Source of the DNA: Gammaproteobacteria bacterium
Lineage (GTDB): Bacteria > Pseudomonadota > Gammaproteobacteria > DRLM01
Reading direction: 5' to 3'
NCBI GenBank assembly: GCA_037381915.1
Contig: JARRQJ010000022.1
Location: 973 to 64,972 of the forward strand
Length of the DNA: 64,000 bases
Shown: one piece after another, positions 1 to 10,754 of the stretch
How the letters are laid out: each line of letters starts with the position of its first letter
Position numbering within the stretch: the first letter of the stretch is position 1
Position numbers and translations under genes: made by a program
The notes under the pieces: generated by a model
What the model was told of the DNA's origin: nothing
The model's database searches: none
What the model saw: the letters and a program-made list of their open reading frames with translations, nothing else

Positions 1-1
1 G

Positions 2-559
2 GTAGAAAATTTAACATACGGACAAATAGAGCAGGTTATTTCCACAACCTTCACCAGTGTTGTAATCGCATTTAAGTCAATCTTGCCTATTATGAAGAGA
101 CAAGGATTCGGACATATAATAAATGTGGGATCACTCGGAGGCATAGTACCAATGCCTCAAGAGTCGCTCTATTGCGCAACAAAATTCGCCATACGCGGTT
201 TTTCTTTATCCTTGCAAAAAGAACTGGCGGGAACCGGTATAAATATTAGTATGATTTCACCCGGGCCTGTATTTACGAAGATGCTGGAAGTCGAATCATC
301 TGATCCCGGTTCAACAATTGCATTTGTTAATTATCCAGTAAAAGCTGATCTGGTTGCAGAAAAAATTATTCATCTGATATTATATCCCAAACCGGAACTT
401 ATATCCTCTTCAGGAAAAAAAGCTGCAGCACAACTATTAAACTTGTTCCCGGATCTATTTAATCTCATTTACCCTGTTCTGAATTATATCGGAAAAAGAA
501 ACCTATATAATCTTACCAATCTTCTTAAAAATTTTGAGGAGAACTTAAATGAGAACTGA
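2..559 (+). CDS. short-chain dehydrogenase/reductase (SDR) family oxidoreductase, 5'-partial at the window edge
   Basis: The frame stays open back to position 2 (…IEQVISTTFTSVVIAFKSILPIMKRQGFGHIINVGSLGGIVPMPQESLYCATKFAIRGF…). The NVGS…YCATK arrangement is the SDR catalytic YxxxK region. The gene lies in the AT-rich (~35% GC) segment. Confidence 0.7.
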   Translation, partial: VENLTYGQIEQVISTTFTSVVIAFKSILPIMKRQGFGHIINVGSLGGIVPMPQESLYCATKFAIRGFSLSLQKELAGTGINISMISPGPVFTKMLEVESSDPGSTIAFVNYPVKADLVAEKIIHLILYPKPELISSSGKKAAAQLLNLFPDLFNLIYPVLNYIGKRNLYNLTNLLKNFEENLNEN

Positions 560-941
560 ATTAGTAAATAGTGGAATTCCCTTTTTTAGTTTGGAATTTA
601 TAAAAGCATATATAATAACGATGCGTCCTTATTTAATGTTTGTTTCCGGAATAACAGGGATCGCTGGAATGTCTTTTGGAGCATTATCTTTGTCACCTCT
701 TTATCTGTTATTATTTTCAGCGGCTTTTCTTTCTTACGGATTCGGACAGGCACTAACAGATTGTTTCCAGATTGATACCGATTCTATTTCTTCACCATAC
801 CGGCCATTAACAAAAGGGACGGTTTCACGAAGTCAATTTTTATTTGTAAGCAGTTCTGGTCTGACATATTGCGTATTGGTTTTTACTTATTTCAATTCCT
901 TGAACTTTGTTTTAGGAATAATATCGGGATTGGGATTTTTC
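549..941 (+). pseudogene. UbiA-family prenyltransferase, N-terminal ~130 aa only; the reading frame runs into unrelated GC-rich DNA at ~941 (ORF track end 983)
   Basis: Multi-TM N-terminus with the UbiA aspartate-rich motif (ALTDCFQIDTDSI). It is AT-rich, overlaps the upstream SDR gene by 11 nt, and is cut by the compositional junction at ~941. Confidence 0.45.
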
Positions 942-1597
942 AACACCGGGCCGAAATCGGCGAGTACCGGCTCGGCATCGTGATGCACGTGGCTGGTCGC
1001 GGGCGTCGGTACCCACAGATGCAACACGGCAATGGCCAGGAAGGCCAGCACCGCCGTCAGCCAGAAAATGCCGGGCACACCGCCCATCCAGTGGTTGAGG
1101 ACGGGACCCAGCACCAGGGCCACGGTAAAGGACAGACCGATGCTGGCGCCGATGGTGGCCATGGCCTTGAGGCGGTGCTCCTCGCGGGTCAAATCGGCGG
1201 CCAGGGCCATGACCGCCGCGGCGATGGCGCCGGCACCCTGCAGGGCACGGCCGAGGATGACGCCATAAATCGTATCCGACATCGCCGCCACGATACTGCC
1301 GACGGCAAAAATCAGTAAGCCCAGGGTGATGATCGGCTTGCGGCCGAATTTGTCGGACAGCATGCCGAAGGGGATCCCTAAGATCGCCTGGGTCAGGCCG
1401 TAGATACCGATGGCCAGACCGAACAGGGCGTGGGTCGAACCCTTGAGGTGCTCGGTATACAGGGCGAACACCGGCAGGATCATAAATAACCCTAACATTC
1501 TGGTGGAGAAAATAGCGGCGAGGGAAAGGGCGGCGCGCCTTTCCCCGTGGGTCATATTGGCATCATTCACTGTACTAAGGACTCGCTTTGCTAACAA
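941..1597 (-). pseudogene. MFS transporter, N-terminal ~220 aa; the 3' part is replaced by AT-rich DNA at ~941 (ORF track 887..1597)
   Basis: The MFS signature G(L/I)LSDKFGRKP is present with six TM-like hydrophobic segments. Only 236 aa where ~400 is expected. The last 15 codons are read from the AT-rich segment. Confidence 0.55.
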
Positions 1598-1648
1598 ACT
1601 CTATGGGCGGGTATATTAACAGGTTAATCTGCAAGCGGAACACTCAAG

Positions 1649-4504
1649 ATGGATTATATTCATATTCGCGGCGCACGCACACACAATTTGCAAAACATTT
1701 CCTTGGACCTGCCCCGCGACAAATTGATCGTAATTACCGGGCTTTCGGGCTCCGGCAAATCATCCCTGGCCTTCGACACTATATATGCCGAGGGCCAGCG
1801 CCGCTACGTGGAATCGCTGTCCAGCTATGCGCGGCAATTCCTGTCCATCATGGAAAAACCCGACGTCGATCATATCGAAGGCCTGTCCCCCGCTATCTCC
1901 ATCGAACAGAAATCCACGTCCCACAACCCGCGTTCCACTGTGGGCACGGTCACGGAAATATACGATTATCTGCGCCTGCTGTTCGCCCGCACCGGCGATC
2001 CGCAATGCCCGGAGCATGGCACGGTGCTCGCCGCGCAGACCGTCAGCCAGATGGTCGATCAGGTGATGGCCTTGCCGGAGGGCAGCAAATTGATGTTGCT
2101 TGCGCCCGTGGTGCAGGAACGCAAGGGCGAATACCTTAAGCTCATCGAAGAACTGCGCACTCAAGGCTATGTGCGCGCCCGCATCGATGGCGAAGTAGTG
2201 GAACTCGACGCCGCGCCCAAACTGGATCTGCGCAAGAAGCACACCATCGAAGTGGTGGTCGATCGGCTCAGGGTGCGCGCAGATATCAAGCAACGCTTGG
2301 CTGACTCTTTCGAGACCGCGCTGGGGATGGGTGAGGGCCTGGTCAAGGTCGTACTGCTGGACGATGGGTCGGAATTGCTGCTGTCGGCGCGTTTCGCCTG
2401 TCCGCTGTGCGGCTACAGCGTCGCGGAATTGGAGCCGCGCCTGTTTTCCTTTAACAATCCCGCCGGCGCCTGTCCCGGCTGTGACGGGCTGGGCGTACGG
2501 CAATTCTTCGATCCGGAACGGATCATCCCCAATACCGAATTGAGCCTGGCCGGCGGCGCGGTGCGCGGTTGGGATCGGCGCAACGTCTACTACTTCCAAC
2601 TACTAAAGTCCCTGGCGAAACACTACCGCTTCGATGCAGAAACCCCTTTCGCCAAATTGCCGAAAAAGATTCAAGAAGTCATTCTCCACGGCAGCGGCGA
2701 TGAAAACATCAAGTTCACCTATCTGAACGAGCGCGGCGGCAAGATCACGCGCTCCCACCCTTTCGAAGGCATCATCCCCAACATGGAGCGCCGCTATCGG
2801 GAAACGGAGTCCAACGTCATTCGTGAGGAACTGTCGAAATACCTCAACTCCCGACCCTGCCCCGAGTGCCAAGGCACCCGGCTGCGCCGCGAGGCGCGTT
2901 ACGTTTTCATAGCCGGCCATAATCTGCCGGAGGTGGCCCGCATGTCCATCAGCCGCGCCCACCAGCTGTTCACTACCATGACGCTGCCCGGGCGCCGCGG
3001 CGAAATCGCGGCCAAGATCCTCAAGGAGATCTGCGAACGGCTCAATTTTCTGATCAATGTGGGCCTCGATTATCTGACCCTGAATCGCAGCGCCGACACC
3101 CTCTCGGGCGGCGAAGCACAACGCATCCGCCTGGCAAGCCAGATCGGCGCCGGACTGGTCGGCGTGATGTACGTACTGGACGAACCGTCCATCGGCCTGC
3201 ACCAGCGGGACAATCAACGTCTGCTCGACACCCTGAAACACCTGCGCGACCTGGGTAATACCGTGATCGTGGTGGAACATGACGAGGACGCCATCCGCGC
3301 CGCCGACCACGTAGTGGATATCGGGCCCGGTGCCGGTGCCCACGGTGGACGCATCGTCGCCCAAGGCGCCCCCCAGGCGATTATTGCCAATCCCGCCTCG
3401 CTCACCGGCAAATATCTGGCGGGGGAATTGAGTATCGCCACACCGGACCGCCGTGTACCCAACGATCCGGCACGACAACTTCATCTGCGCGGCGCCGGCG
3501 GCAACAACCTCAAGGACGTCGATGTCGATATCCCGGTGGGGCTCATGACGTGCGTCACCGGCGTTTCCGGTTCGGGCAAATCCACTCTGGTCAACGATAC
3601 CCTATACCGCTATGCCGCGCGCACCCTTTACGGCGGTAGTGACGAACCAGGCCCGTGCCGTGAAGTCGTCGGTCTCGACCACTTCGACAAGGTCATCAAT
3701 ATCGACCAGAGTCCCATCGGCCGTACGCCACGCTCCAATCCCGCCACCTATACCGGCGTGTTCACGCCCATCCGCGAACTGTTCGCCGGGACCCAGGAGG
3801 CGCGTTCCCGGGGCTACGGTCCCGGGCGCTTCAGTTTCAACGTCAAAGGCGGGCGCTGCGAGGCTTGCCAGGGTGACGGGGTCATCAAGGTGGAAATGCA
3901 TTTTCTTCCGGATATCTACGTACCCTGCGATATCTGCAAGGGCAAGCGCTACAACCGGGAAACCCTGGAAATCCGTTACAAAGCCAAGGGCATATTTGAA
4001 ATACTGGAAATGACCGTGGAAGAGGCCTTGGCCTTTTTTAACGCGGTGCCCATGGTCAGGAACAAACTGCAAACCCTGATGGACGTGGGACTCTCCTACA
4101 TTAAGCTGGGACAGAACGCCACGACCCTGTCCGGCGGCGAGGCGCAGCGGGTCAAGCTGTCACGGGAACTCTCCAAACGCGGTACCGGTCGCACGCTCTA
4201 TATCCTCGACGAGCCGACCACCGGTTTGCACTTCCACGACATTCAGCAATTGCTGGACGTCTTGCACCGGCTCCGCGACCAGGGCAATACCATCGTCATC
4301 ATCGAGCACAACCTCGATGTCATCAAGACCGCCGATTGGATCATCGACCTCGGGCCGGAGGGCGGCGAGAAAGGCGGCGAGATCCTCACCGCGGGAACAC
4401 CTGAACATGTCGCCGAGCAAGACAACTCTCACACCGGTTATTATCTGCGCTCGGCATTGATGCAAGCGGCGACCGCTCCCCGGAAGAAGATACGCCAGAA
4501 ATGA
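1649..4504 (+). CDS. uvrA: excinuclease ABC subunit A
   Basis: 951 aa with two ABC ATPase modules ([12 protein letters not shown]… and [11 protein letters not shown]…), zinc-finger cysteines and LSGGEAQR signature motifs. Confidence 0.97.
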   Translation: MDYIHIRGARTHNLQNISLDLPRDKLIVITGLSGSGKSSLAFDTIYAEGQRRYVESLSSYARQFLSIMEKPDVDHIEGLSPAISIEQKSTSHNPRSTVGTVTEIYDYLRLLFARTGDPQCPEHGTVLAAQTVSQMVDQVMALPEGSKLMLLAPVVQERKGEYLKLIEELRTQGYVRARIDGEVVELDAAPKLDLRKKHTIEVVVDRLRVRADIKQRLADSFETALGMGEGLVKVVLLDDGSELLLSARFACPLCGYSVAELEPRLFSFNNPAGACPGCDGLGVRQFFDPERIIPNTELSLAGGAVRGWDRRNVYYFQLLKSLAKHYRFDAETPFAKLPKKIQEVILHGSGDENIKFTYLNERGGKITRSHPFEGIIPNMERRYRETESNVIREELSKYLNSRPCPECQGTRLRREARYVFIAGHNLPEVARMSISRAHQLFTTMTLPGRRGEIAAKILKEICERLNFLINVGLDYLTLNRSADTLSGGEAQRIRLASQIGAGLVGVMYVLDEPSIGLHQRDNQRLLDTLKHLRDLGNTVIVVEHDEDAIRAADHVVDIGPGAGAHGGRIVAQGAPQAIIANPASLTGKYLAGELSIATPDRRVPNDPARQLHLRGAGGNNLKDVDVDIPVGLMTCVTGVSGSGKSTLVNDTLYRYAARTLYGGSDEPGPCREVVGLDHFDKVINIDQSPIGRTPRSNPATYTGVFTPIRELFAGTQEARSRGYGPGRFSFNVKGGRCEACQGDGVIKVEMHFLPDIYVPCDICKGKRYNRETLEIRYKAKGIFEILEMTVEEALAFFNAVPMVRNKLQTLMDVGLSYIKLGQNATTLSGGEAQRVKLSRELSKRGTGRTLYILDEPTTGLHFHDIQQLLDVLHRLRDQGNTIVIIEHNLDVIKTADWIIDLGPEGGEKGGEILTAGTPEHVAEQDNSHTGYYLRSALMQAATAPRKKIRQK

Positions 4505-4520
4505 TCGCCGTAGAAAATCA

Positions 4521-4535
4521 AGGCGCAAGCCGCCT
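4521..4535 (+). terminator. short hairpin (aggcg-caagc-cgcct) followed by ATTTG, 17 nt after the uvrA stop; weak intrinsic terminator candidate
   Basis: Seen directly in the sequence. The U-tract is poor. Confidence 0.3.
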
Positions 4536-4560
4536 ATTTGCCCACTGGTCAAAATCTGCC

Positions 4561-4586
4561 GCCATGTCTCCCCCGGGAGACATGGC
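4561..4586. promoter_or_regulatory. 26-bp near-perfect palindrome gccatgtctccc-cc/gg-gggagacatggc
   Basis: 12-bp perfect inverted arms seen in the sequence. It lies between uvrA and the bactofilin gene and could be a protein-binding site or an RNA hairpin. Confidence 0.4.
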
Positions 4587-4910
4587 GAAGCATGCATCCC
4601 CTGATCCAGAGCCGGCCGCCGCAATTCCTGCTCGGAGATTTCACTGTACGCCCGTGAAATTTAAACCATATTAGATCGGGCAGGAACTCTAATCGCGATT
4701 CGCGCCTCCGTCGCCTTCCGACGACAGTATTTCGTGCATTCATCGACCGTTTCACCAATTGTTGCGATAACCCGGATTTGCTGGTAAAAACTAAGACTCA
4801 AATGCTGCGGCAACGTGCCGATATCTGAATGTATTTCTATCACAGTCAAAATCTTTACGCTGAACCACACCCTTAGAGGGAATTAGCTCTAGAACCAAAG
4901 GAGATTGGCA

Positions 4911-5456
4911 ATGTTCGACATGAATCCATTAAAGCGCAACACCGGAAAACCCTCCGATACTCAGGACGTTGAAAGCACACGCCCCCCCGTTGCCGCCCCA
5001 AGCAAACCCAGCGAGTCCTACGTACGCTCCACCGGTTTAGCCACCATTGGACCGTCCATCTCTATTAAGGGCGATCTCAACGGAGAAGAGGACCTGATCA
5101 TACAGGGTCGCGTCGAAGGCACCATCAACCTCAAGCAAAACAATTTGACCGTCGGTCAGAACGGCGACATCAATGCCAATGTCTACGCCCGCACCATCAC
5201 CGTTGAAGGCACCCTCAAAGGCGATATTTACGGCGAAGAAAAAGTCGTGATAAAGAAGAGCGGCAACGTCAAAGGCAACGTTACGGCACCCCGCGTCAGC
5301 CTAGAAGACGGAGCGCGATTCAAAGGCAGCATGGACATGGACTACAAGAAGAGCGAGTCCGGTGCCGGGCGCAACGACACCGCCTCCGTCTTCAAGCTCG
5401 ATAAATCCCAGAACGCCGACAAGGCGGCGCCGGATGCGAAGGGTGCGATTAAATAA
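4911..5456 (+). CDS. bactofilin (polymer-forming cytoskeletal protein, DUF583 domain)
   Basis: Beta-helical bactofilin core (…IQGRVEGTINLKQNNLTVGQNGDINANVYARTITVEGTLKGDIYGEEKVVIKKSGNVKGNV…) with disordered N- and C-tails. AAGGAG SD 7 nt before the ATG at ~4911; the ORF track gives TTG 4905. Confidence 0.8.
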   Translation: MFDMNPLKRNTGKPSDTQDVESTRPPVAAPSKPSESYVRSTGLATIGPSISIKGDLNGEEDLIIQGRVEGTINLKQNNLTVGQNGDINANVYARTITVEGTLKGDIYGEEKVVIKKSGNVKGNVTAPRVSLEDGARFKGSMDMDYKKSESGAGRNDTASVFKLDKSQNADKAAPDAKGAIK

Positions 5457-5524
5457 ATCTGGACAGGACTGTGAAGCGGCTTTGTCGTTCGGTATGAGCG
5501 GGGGGTTCGGCGGGTGTTGATGCA

Positions 5525-6148
5525 ATGTTGGTGAACCATGCTAAGTTTGAAACGGGGATAACTCCATCCGGTATTCAGGAAACTAACTGCCCGGTTTTCG
5601 CATCGCTCATGGACATCATGGGCAATGAGCGCAAATGGGTAATACTCGACCTGGGACCCGCTCGAGCCGCCAATTTGGAAGTGATGTCCCGATTGCGCTG
5701 CAGGCTGCTGCTCGAAGACATCCATGAACTGGTTTCCGCCTTGAGAGGGGATAATGCCGAAGACAAAGCCGCATTGGCAAACTGGTTCGAACAATGGACG
5801 CCAGGAGTGAGTCCCGGCTCCATTGACGTAGTTATCGCCTGGGATATTTTCAACTACCTGAATCCCGACCTGTGCAAGGCCTTCATCGGGCTACTCGCCC
5901 CGCTGTTGAAGCCCGGAGCTTACATCTATCTTTTAGTCTATTCGCAAAAGGATATGTCCGCGCAGCCCATCCCGTACAAGATCATTTCCGATGACAGGCT
6001 GCAGTACCAATCGCGCAGCAAGGCGACACGACCTTCACCGCGTTTCAATCAAACGGAACTGAAAAAATTTCTTCCGGAATTTACGGTCGTCAAATCGGTG
6101 CTCCTGCGCAACGGCATACAAGAGTATTTGTTCAGACATATAACTTGA
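5525..6148 (+). CDS. hypothetical protein with degenerate class-I SAM-methyltransferase-like motifs
   Basis: WVILDLGPARAANLE resembles motif I but lacks the GxGxG. DVVIAWDIFNYL and KPGAYIYLLV resemble motifs II and III. Sits 69 nt downstream of the bactofilin gene on the same strand. Confidence 0.5.
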   Translation: MLVNHAKFETGITPSGIQETNCPVFASLMDIMGNERKWVILDLGPARAANLEVMSRLRCRLLLEDIHELVSALRGDNAEDKAALANWFEQWTPGVSPGSIDVVIAWDIFNYLNPDLCKAFIGLLAPLLKPGAYIYLLVYSQKDMSAQPIPYKIISDDRLQYQSRSKATRPSPRFNQTELKKFLPEFTVVKSVLLRNGIQEYLFRHIT

Positions 6149-6162
6149 AGTATGCGGGCTGC

Positions 6163-9100
6163 TTACTCGAGCTCTTCGAAGACGGATCGGACATCCGTAC
6201 CGTCGAAATGGTGGACGACTTCCTCGGCCGGCATTGGGCGGCTGAACAGATAACCCTGCATGCAATCGCAACCGCAGCCCCTTAAGAAAGCGACTTGCTC
6301 CTCGGTCTCCACCCCCTCCGCGACCACCTCGATTTTGAGATTATGCGCCATGGCAATAATCGTAGTCACGATTTCGGCATCATCCTTATCCTCAGGTATG
6401 TCGCGCACGAACGAATAGTCGATCTTCAACACGCTGATGGGGAAACGCTTCAAGTACGCCAACGAAGAATAACCGGTGCCGAAATCATCAATCGCAAGCC
6501 GGCATCCCATGGCGAACAGCTCCGATAAGGTTGCGGCGGTTGTCATCGCATGCTGCATAAAGTTACTTTCGGTGATCTCCAGTTCAAGGTTCGCGGCATT
6601 ACCACCCAACAGTGCCAGTTGCTTATCTATGGAATCGATCAAGGATTTCGAACTGAACTGACGCGCGGACAAATTTATCGCCATACGCAAAGATGACCAG
6701 CCGGCCTCATGCCATTCACGCAATTGTGCGCATGCGGTGCGCAACACCCACTCCCCGACTGGCACGATCAGCCCGGTTTCCTCAAGCATCGGCATGAATT
6801 CCCCAGGCATCACCATACCAAATTTCGGGTGTTCCCAGCGCAGCAAGGCCTCGACGCCGACCACTATTCCGCTCATGGTATCGATCTGGGGCTGGTAATA
6901 AAGTCGAAATTCGTTGCGATCAAGCGCGGCCCTGAGATTCGATTCCAGGGTCAAGCGCTCGAAAGCGCGTGCGCTCATCTCCGCGGAATAAAACTGATAA
7001 GTGTTCTTGCCCATTTCCTTGGCGCGGTACATGGCAATATCGGCGTATTTAAGCAAGGTGCTCGAATCTTCTCCATCGTTGGGAAACAAGCTGACGCCGA
7101 CACTGGCCGTAATGAACAGTCGCTGCATACCGATCTTAAATGGTGGTCGCAGTTCTTCGAGGATCTTCTGCGCCACTTCGCGGATATCCCCCTCTCGCGC
7201 CACATCATCCAGTAAAATCACAAATTCATCGCCACCGAAACGTGCGACGGTATCATCATCACGCACGCAATTCCTCAATCGATCCGAGAGCTGCTGCAGC
7301 AGTTGGTCTCCAGCCTCATGGCCCAGGCTGTCATTGATATTTTTGAACCGGTCCAGATCAATAAACAACACCGCCAGATAACGCTCATGGCGCCGGGCCC
7401 GCACCAGCGCCTGCTTCAATCGGTCAAACAACAATACCCGATTCGGCAGATCGGTAAGAGCATCATGCTGCGCCATGTACTGCAAGCGCTCCTGAATCTT
7501 AATACGCTCAGTCACGTCTTTACCGGTCGAAACAAAATGAGTAACTCGACCACTGTCATCCTTGAGCGGCGTAATTGTCTTCTCTTCATAATAAAGCGAG
7601 CCGTCTTTGCGACGATTTATGAAAACGTCGTTGTATGCCTGACCATTCAGAATCGTCTTCCACAAGGTTGCGTAAAATTCCGGTTCCTGTCGATCGGATT
7701 TGATCAGGCGGGGCGTCTGTCCCAGGACTTCCTCACGCCGGTACCCTGTCACCTGCTCGAATGCCTGGTTTACATATTCGATAACCCCGGCGGGATCCGT
7801 AATGATCACCGAGTCGGCGGTTTGCTCCAGCGCACTGGATAATTTGCGCATTCGATCCACCGCCTGTTGCCGGTCGGTGATATCTTGCAGCAGGACCAAG
7901 CCCGCCGGCCTCCCCTCCCAAATGGTTTTGGTCGAAGTCAATTCCACGTCCAGCGTAGCGCCGTGCTTGGTCCTGAGGACCGTATCGTAAACGTTAGGGA
8001 CAGTTTTCCCCTCCATCCGCGCACGATAGCGGGCCTCCACCTTGGGAAATTCGATGGGATCCACGATATCCACCATGCTGGTATTCCGAAATTCATCGAG
8101 CGTGTAGCCCAGCATAGTGAGCAGCCTTGTATTGGCGAATTCGTGCTTTCCCTGATAATGCACCAGAATTCCGATATTGGCGTCTTCGAGCAGCGACCGA
8201 AATTTCTTTTCACTCATCACGAGCGCGTGTTCTGCGCGCCGACGTTCCGTCACGTCCTGGACCATGCCGAATACACGGACCGGCCGTCCCGCAGGATTGT
8301 GGTGAACTTCTCCATAGGCCCACAACTGGCGCTCCTCGCCGTTGGGACGAACGATGCTGTATTCCAAATCCGCCGCATAGCCGCTGGCCGCCACTTCCTC
8401 GATTTGCCGTCGTATCCTTTCCCGATCCTTGGGATGTATCAAGCCGAAGATCGAGTCCAAGGAAATTTGGAAATGCTCCGGCTCCACCCCATAGATCCGA
8501 AACATCTCGTCCGACCAGCGGATGAGTCCGGATCCGATTTCCCAAGAAAAACTCCCTACATGACCGGCGCTTTGCGATAAGCGCAAAAACTCCTCATTTT
8601 CGCGCAATGAGTCTTCGGCCCGTTGCCTGTCGGTGATATCAACAAATGACGCCACTACCGCATAGGGGAGCGCCTCGCCGGGATGAATAAGGGGTTGGGT
8701 GTTGATCGAGATCCAAACCAGGGAATTGTCCGGACGGTACACGCCCATAACCACATTCGACTGCGCCTGACCGGTGGTCAGGGTCACTACCGCCGGATGC
8801 GTATCGCCGGAAACAGGGGTTCCATCCTTACGGATGGCGCGCCAGCGTGGGTCCGCCGTGGTACGCCCCAGGATTTGATCCTGACTCAGGCCCAGGATTC
8901 GTTCCGCGCTGGGGTTACAGGCCACGATTGTCTGATCGGCCTGTTGAATCAGGATGCCCTCGCTCATGGCTGTTACCATCGAGCGATATCGCTCTTCGCT
9001 CACCTTAAGGGCCTCTTCTGTGCGCCGACGCTCCGTGATATCGGTAATGCTCCCGATGTAGCCCTTGAGCCTCCCGGACTTATTCAGCTCGCGCGTCGCC

Positions 9101-10419
9101 TGTGCCAGGATCCATACCACCTGCCCGTCCGGTTGGCGGTAACGACACTCGATGCTGAAGGGACGTTTGTCGCGCACCGCCTCGTTCCAGGCCTCGATCA
9201 CACGTCTGTTGTCATCGGGATACAAGGCGCGTGACCAACCCTGGCCTAAGGCCTGCTGCAAAGTAAGGCCCGTGATTTCACAGTAGCGCTCGTTCACATA
9301 GACACAATTGCCATGCTCATCCGTGCGAAAGATACCCACCGGTGAAACCTCGGTCAGGACACGAATATGCGCGTCACTCGCCAATAAGTGCTCATAGTTT
9401 TCCCGAGCCACGCGCTCGGAACGCACCAGCCTCTTCACCAGCGGCGTCACCTGCCAGCGCAGTAACAGTATTCCGCCACCGAGCAACACCAGTAGTAAAG
9501 CCAATATGAATTCGATCCGTCGATGAATAGGCTGGTAAAGCTCCTCGGTATCGATCTTCATTACCAAACCCATGCCGATATCGGCGAGTGGACTGTAGGC
9601 GGCTACCACTTCTTTATTACGGTAATCGAGTGCGGTAATCACGCCGGTCTGCCCCGCCAGCGCATAGCTCATGGGCAATGGTTCCCCCGCGTGCATGCGG
9701 GAAATGCGTGGAAAAACCGTGTGTGTGAGTGTCGTCGGGAAACATTGCATGTCTTGTTCCAAGGGCGCGCACAACGCCAACTCGGCCGATTCGCCCAAAT
9801 CGTGAGCCTGGACAAACATATGGTCGACAGTACGCAGTCTCTCCTCCGTTTTTACGTTTCCGACGAACAGCCCTCCGTCCATGATGTCGGCTTCGACGTG
9901 CAGCACTATACCTTTGTCATACAGCAGACGGGAATGCGTAGCCGTCTTCCTGGAAAGCACGGTCCGACCATTTAAGGAAACGCTGATTTCGGGATCCGAA
10001 GTGAACTCACCGATCTTGGCGACCTCATCACCGTCGTGGTCGTAGAAGCCAATGACGGAAAATCCATTCGGCAATCCCGCCTTGGCGGCGCGGACGAATT
10101 CACGGCGTAGCTGTTCGGTGGACTTGTCCTTGTCGATCAATTTCATCTCGTCGATAAGAAACGGCCGAGTGGCGATGGCCGCGGTTTTATCGATTCCGTT
10201 CTTGATTGTCAGAACGAGTTGCTCGACGCGAACCTGAAGCGCGACTTCCAACCCCTTATCCAGGAAGTCCTCCGACTGTCTTTGCGTTACATAATAGACC
10301 ATTATCCCGGCGCAGAGCGTCAGGAACGTCATGATCAGCACACCGACCAAGTTTAACCTGCGTTCTTCCCTTATAGTGCTCAGGATCCCCTCCCTTGCCA
10401 GGACGCGATTGATGGTCAA
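6163..10419 (-). CDS. membrane sensor with a periplasmic domain, ~5 PAS/PAC domains, and GGDEF and EAL domains (c-di-GMP turnover)
   Basis: 1418 aa with two TM segments flanking a ~270-aa periplasmic domain and repeated PAS blocks. GGDEF motif RFGGDEF and EAL motif EALLRW with downstream DDFGTGYSS are present. Confidence 0.9.
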   Translation of the reverse strand: MTINRVLAREGILSTIREERRLNLVGVLIMTFLTLCAGIMVYYVTQRQSEDFLDKGLEVALQVRVEQLVLTIKNGIDKTAAIATRPFLIDEMKLIDKDKSTEQLRREFVRAAKAGLPNGFSVIGFYDHDGDEVAKIGEFTSDPEISVSLNGRTVLSRKTATHSRLLYDKGIVLHVEADIMDGGLFVGNVKTEERLRTVDHMFVQAHDLGESAELALCAPLEQDMQCFPTTLTHTVFPRISRMHAGEPLPMSYALAGQTGVITALDYRNKEVVAAYSPLADIGMGLVMKIDTEELYQPIHRRIEFILALLLVLLGGGILLLRWQVTPLVKRLVRSERVARENYEHLLASDAHIRVLTEVSPVGIFRTDEHGNCVYVNERYCEITGLTLQQALGQGWSRALYPDDNRRVIEAWNEAVRDKRPFSIECRYRQPDGQVVWILAQATRELNKSGRLKGYIGSITDITERRRTEEALKVSEERYRSMVTAMSEGILIQQADQTIVACNPSAERILGLSQDQILGRTTADPRWRAIRKDGTPVSGDTHPAVVTLTTGQAQSNVVMGVYRPDNSLVWISINTQPLIHPGEALPYAVVASFVDITDRQRAEDSLRENEEFLRLSQSAGHVGSFSWEIGSGLIRWSDEMFRIYGVEPEHFQISLDSIFGLIHPKDRERIRRQIEEVAASGYAADLEYSIVRPNGEERQLWAYGEVHHNPAGRPVRVFGMVQDVTERRRAEHALVMSEKKFRSLLEDANIGILVHYQGKHEFANTRLLTMLGYTLDEFRNTSMVDIVDPIEFPKVEARYRARMEGKTVPNVYDTVLRTKHGATLDVELTSTKTIWEGRPAGLVLLQDITDRQQAVDRMRKLSSALEQTADSVIITDPAGVIEYVNQAFEQVTGYRREEVLGQTPRLIKSDRQEPEFYATLWKTILNGQAYNDVFINRRKDGSLYYEEKTITPLKDDSGRVTHFVSTGKDVTERIKIQERLQYMAQHDALTDLPNRVLLFDRLKQALVRARRHERYLAVLFIDLDRFKNINDSLGHEAGDQLLQQLSDRLRNCVRDDDTVARFGGDEFVILLDDVAREGDIREVAQKILEELRPPFKIGMQRLFITASVGVSLFPNDGEDSSTLLKYADIAMYRAKEMGKNTYQFYSAEMSARAFERLTLESNLRAALDRNEFRLYYQPQIDTMSGIVVGVEALLRWEHPKFGMVMPGEFMPMLEETGLIVPVGEWVLRTACAQLREWHEAGWSSLRMAINLSARQFSSKSLIDSIDKQLALLGGNAANLELEITESNFMQHAMTTAATLSELFAMGCRLAIDDFGTGYSSLAYLKRFPISVLKIDYSFVRDIPEDKDDAEIVTTIIAMAHNLKIEVVAEGVETEEQVAFLRGCGCDCMQGYLFSRPMPAEEVVHHFDGTDVRSVFEELE

Positions 10420-10477
10420 ATCTTATCTATGTATCTATACGTATGGCTGCGTGATGGTCCTATGTAATCGTACAATC

Positions 10478-10564
10478 ATATCCTACAATTGTTATATATC
10501 CTGAGGAAATATCCTAGTTTTTTATCTGGAGATGGGAAGGCTCATACCCTAGACTCATATCCTA
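10478..10564. repeat. four direct copies of ATATCCT(A/G) (10478, 10496, 10509, 10557) plus a degenerate CATACCCTA (10544) in the divergent promoter region
   Basis: Seen directly in the sequence. Located between the GGDEF-EAL sensor gene start (10419, minus strand) and the fbp gene start (10755, plus strand). Confidence 0.5.
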
Positions 10565-10754
10565 GAGATGAGAAGCTGGGCGGCAGGCTTTCGGAACACT
10601 ATCCCAGTGAAGTGTCCCGACATTGATTATTGCCCGTTTCCTCCTCATGACGGCAAGCTTAGAAGCGTTTTGTCCGGCTTCTTCACTCTTCGAGGCAGCG
10701 AGAGCGTCATTTCAAAGTGCATGACCAGAGATGGCACTGTCAGGGAGACTTGTA

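Noticed and set aside
1760-2599. 279-aa minus-strand ORF, and others, inside uvrA
   Set aside because: Antisense ORF fully within a strongly supported gene, which is typical of high-GC DNA. No recognisable domains.
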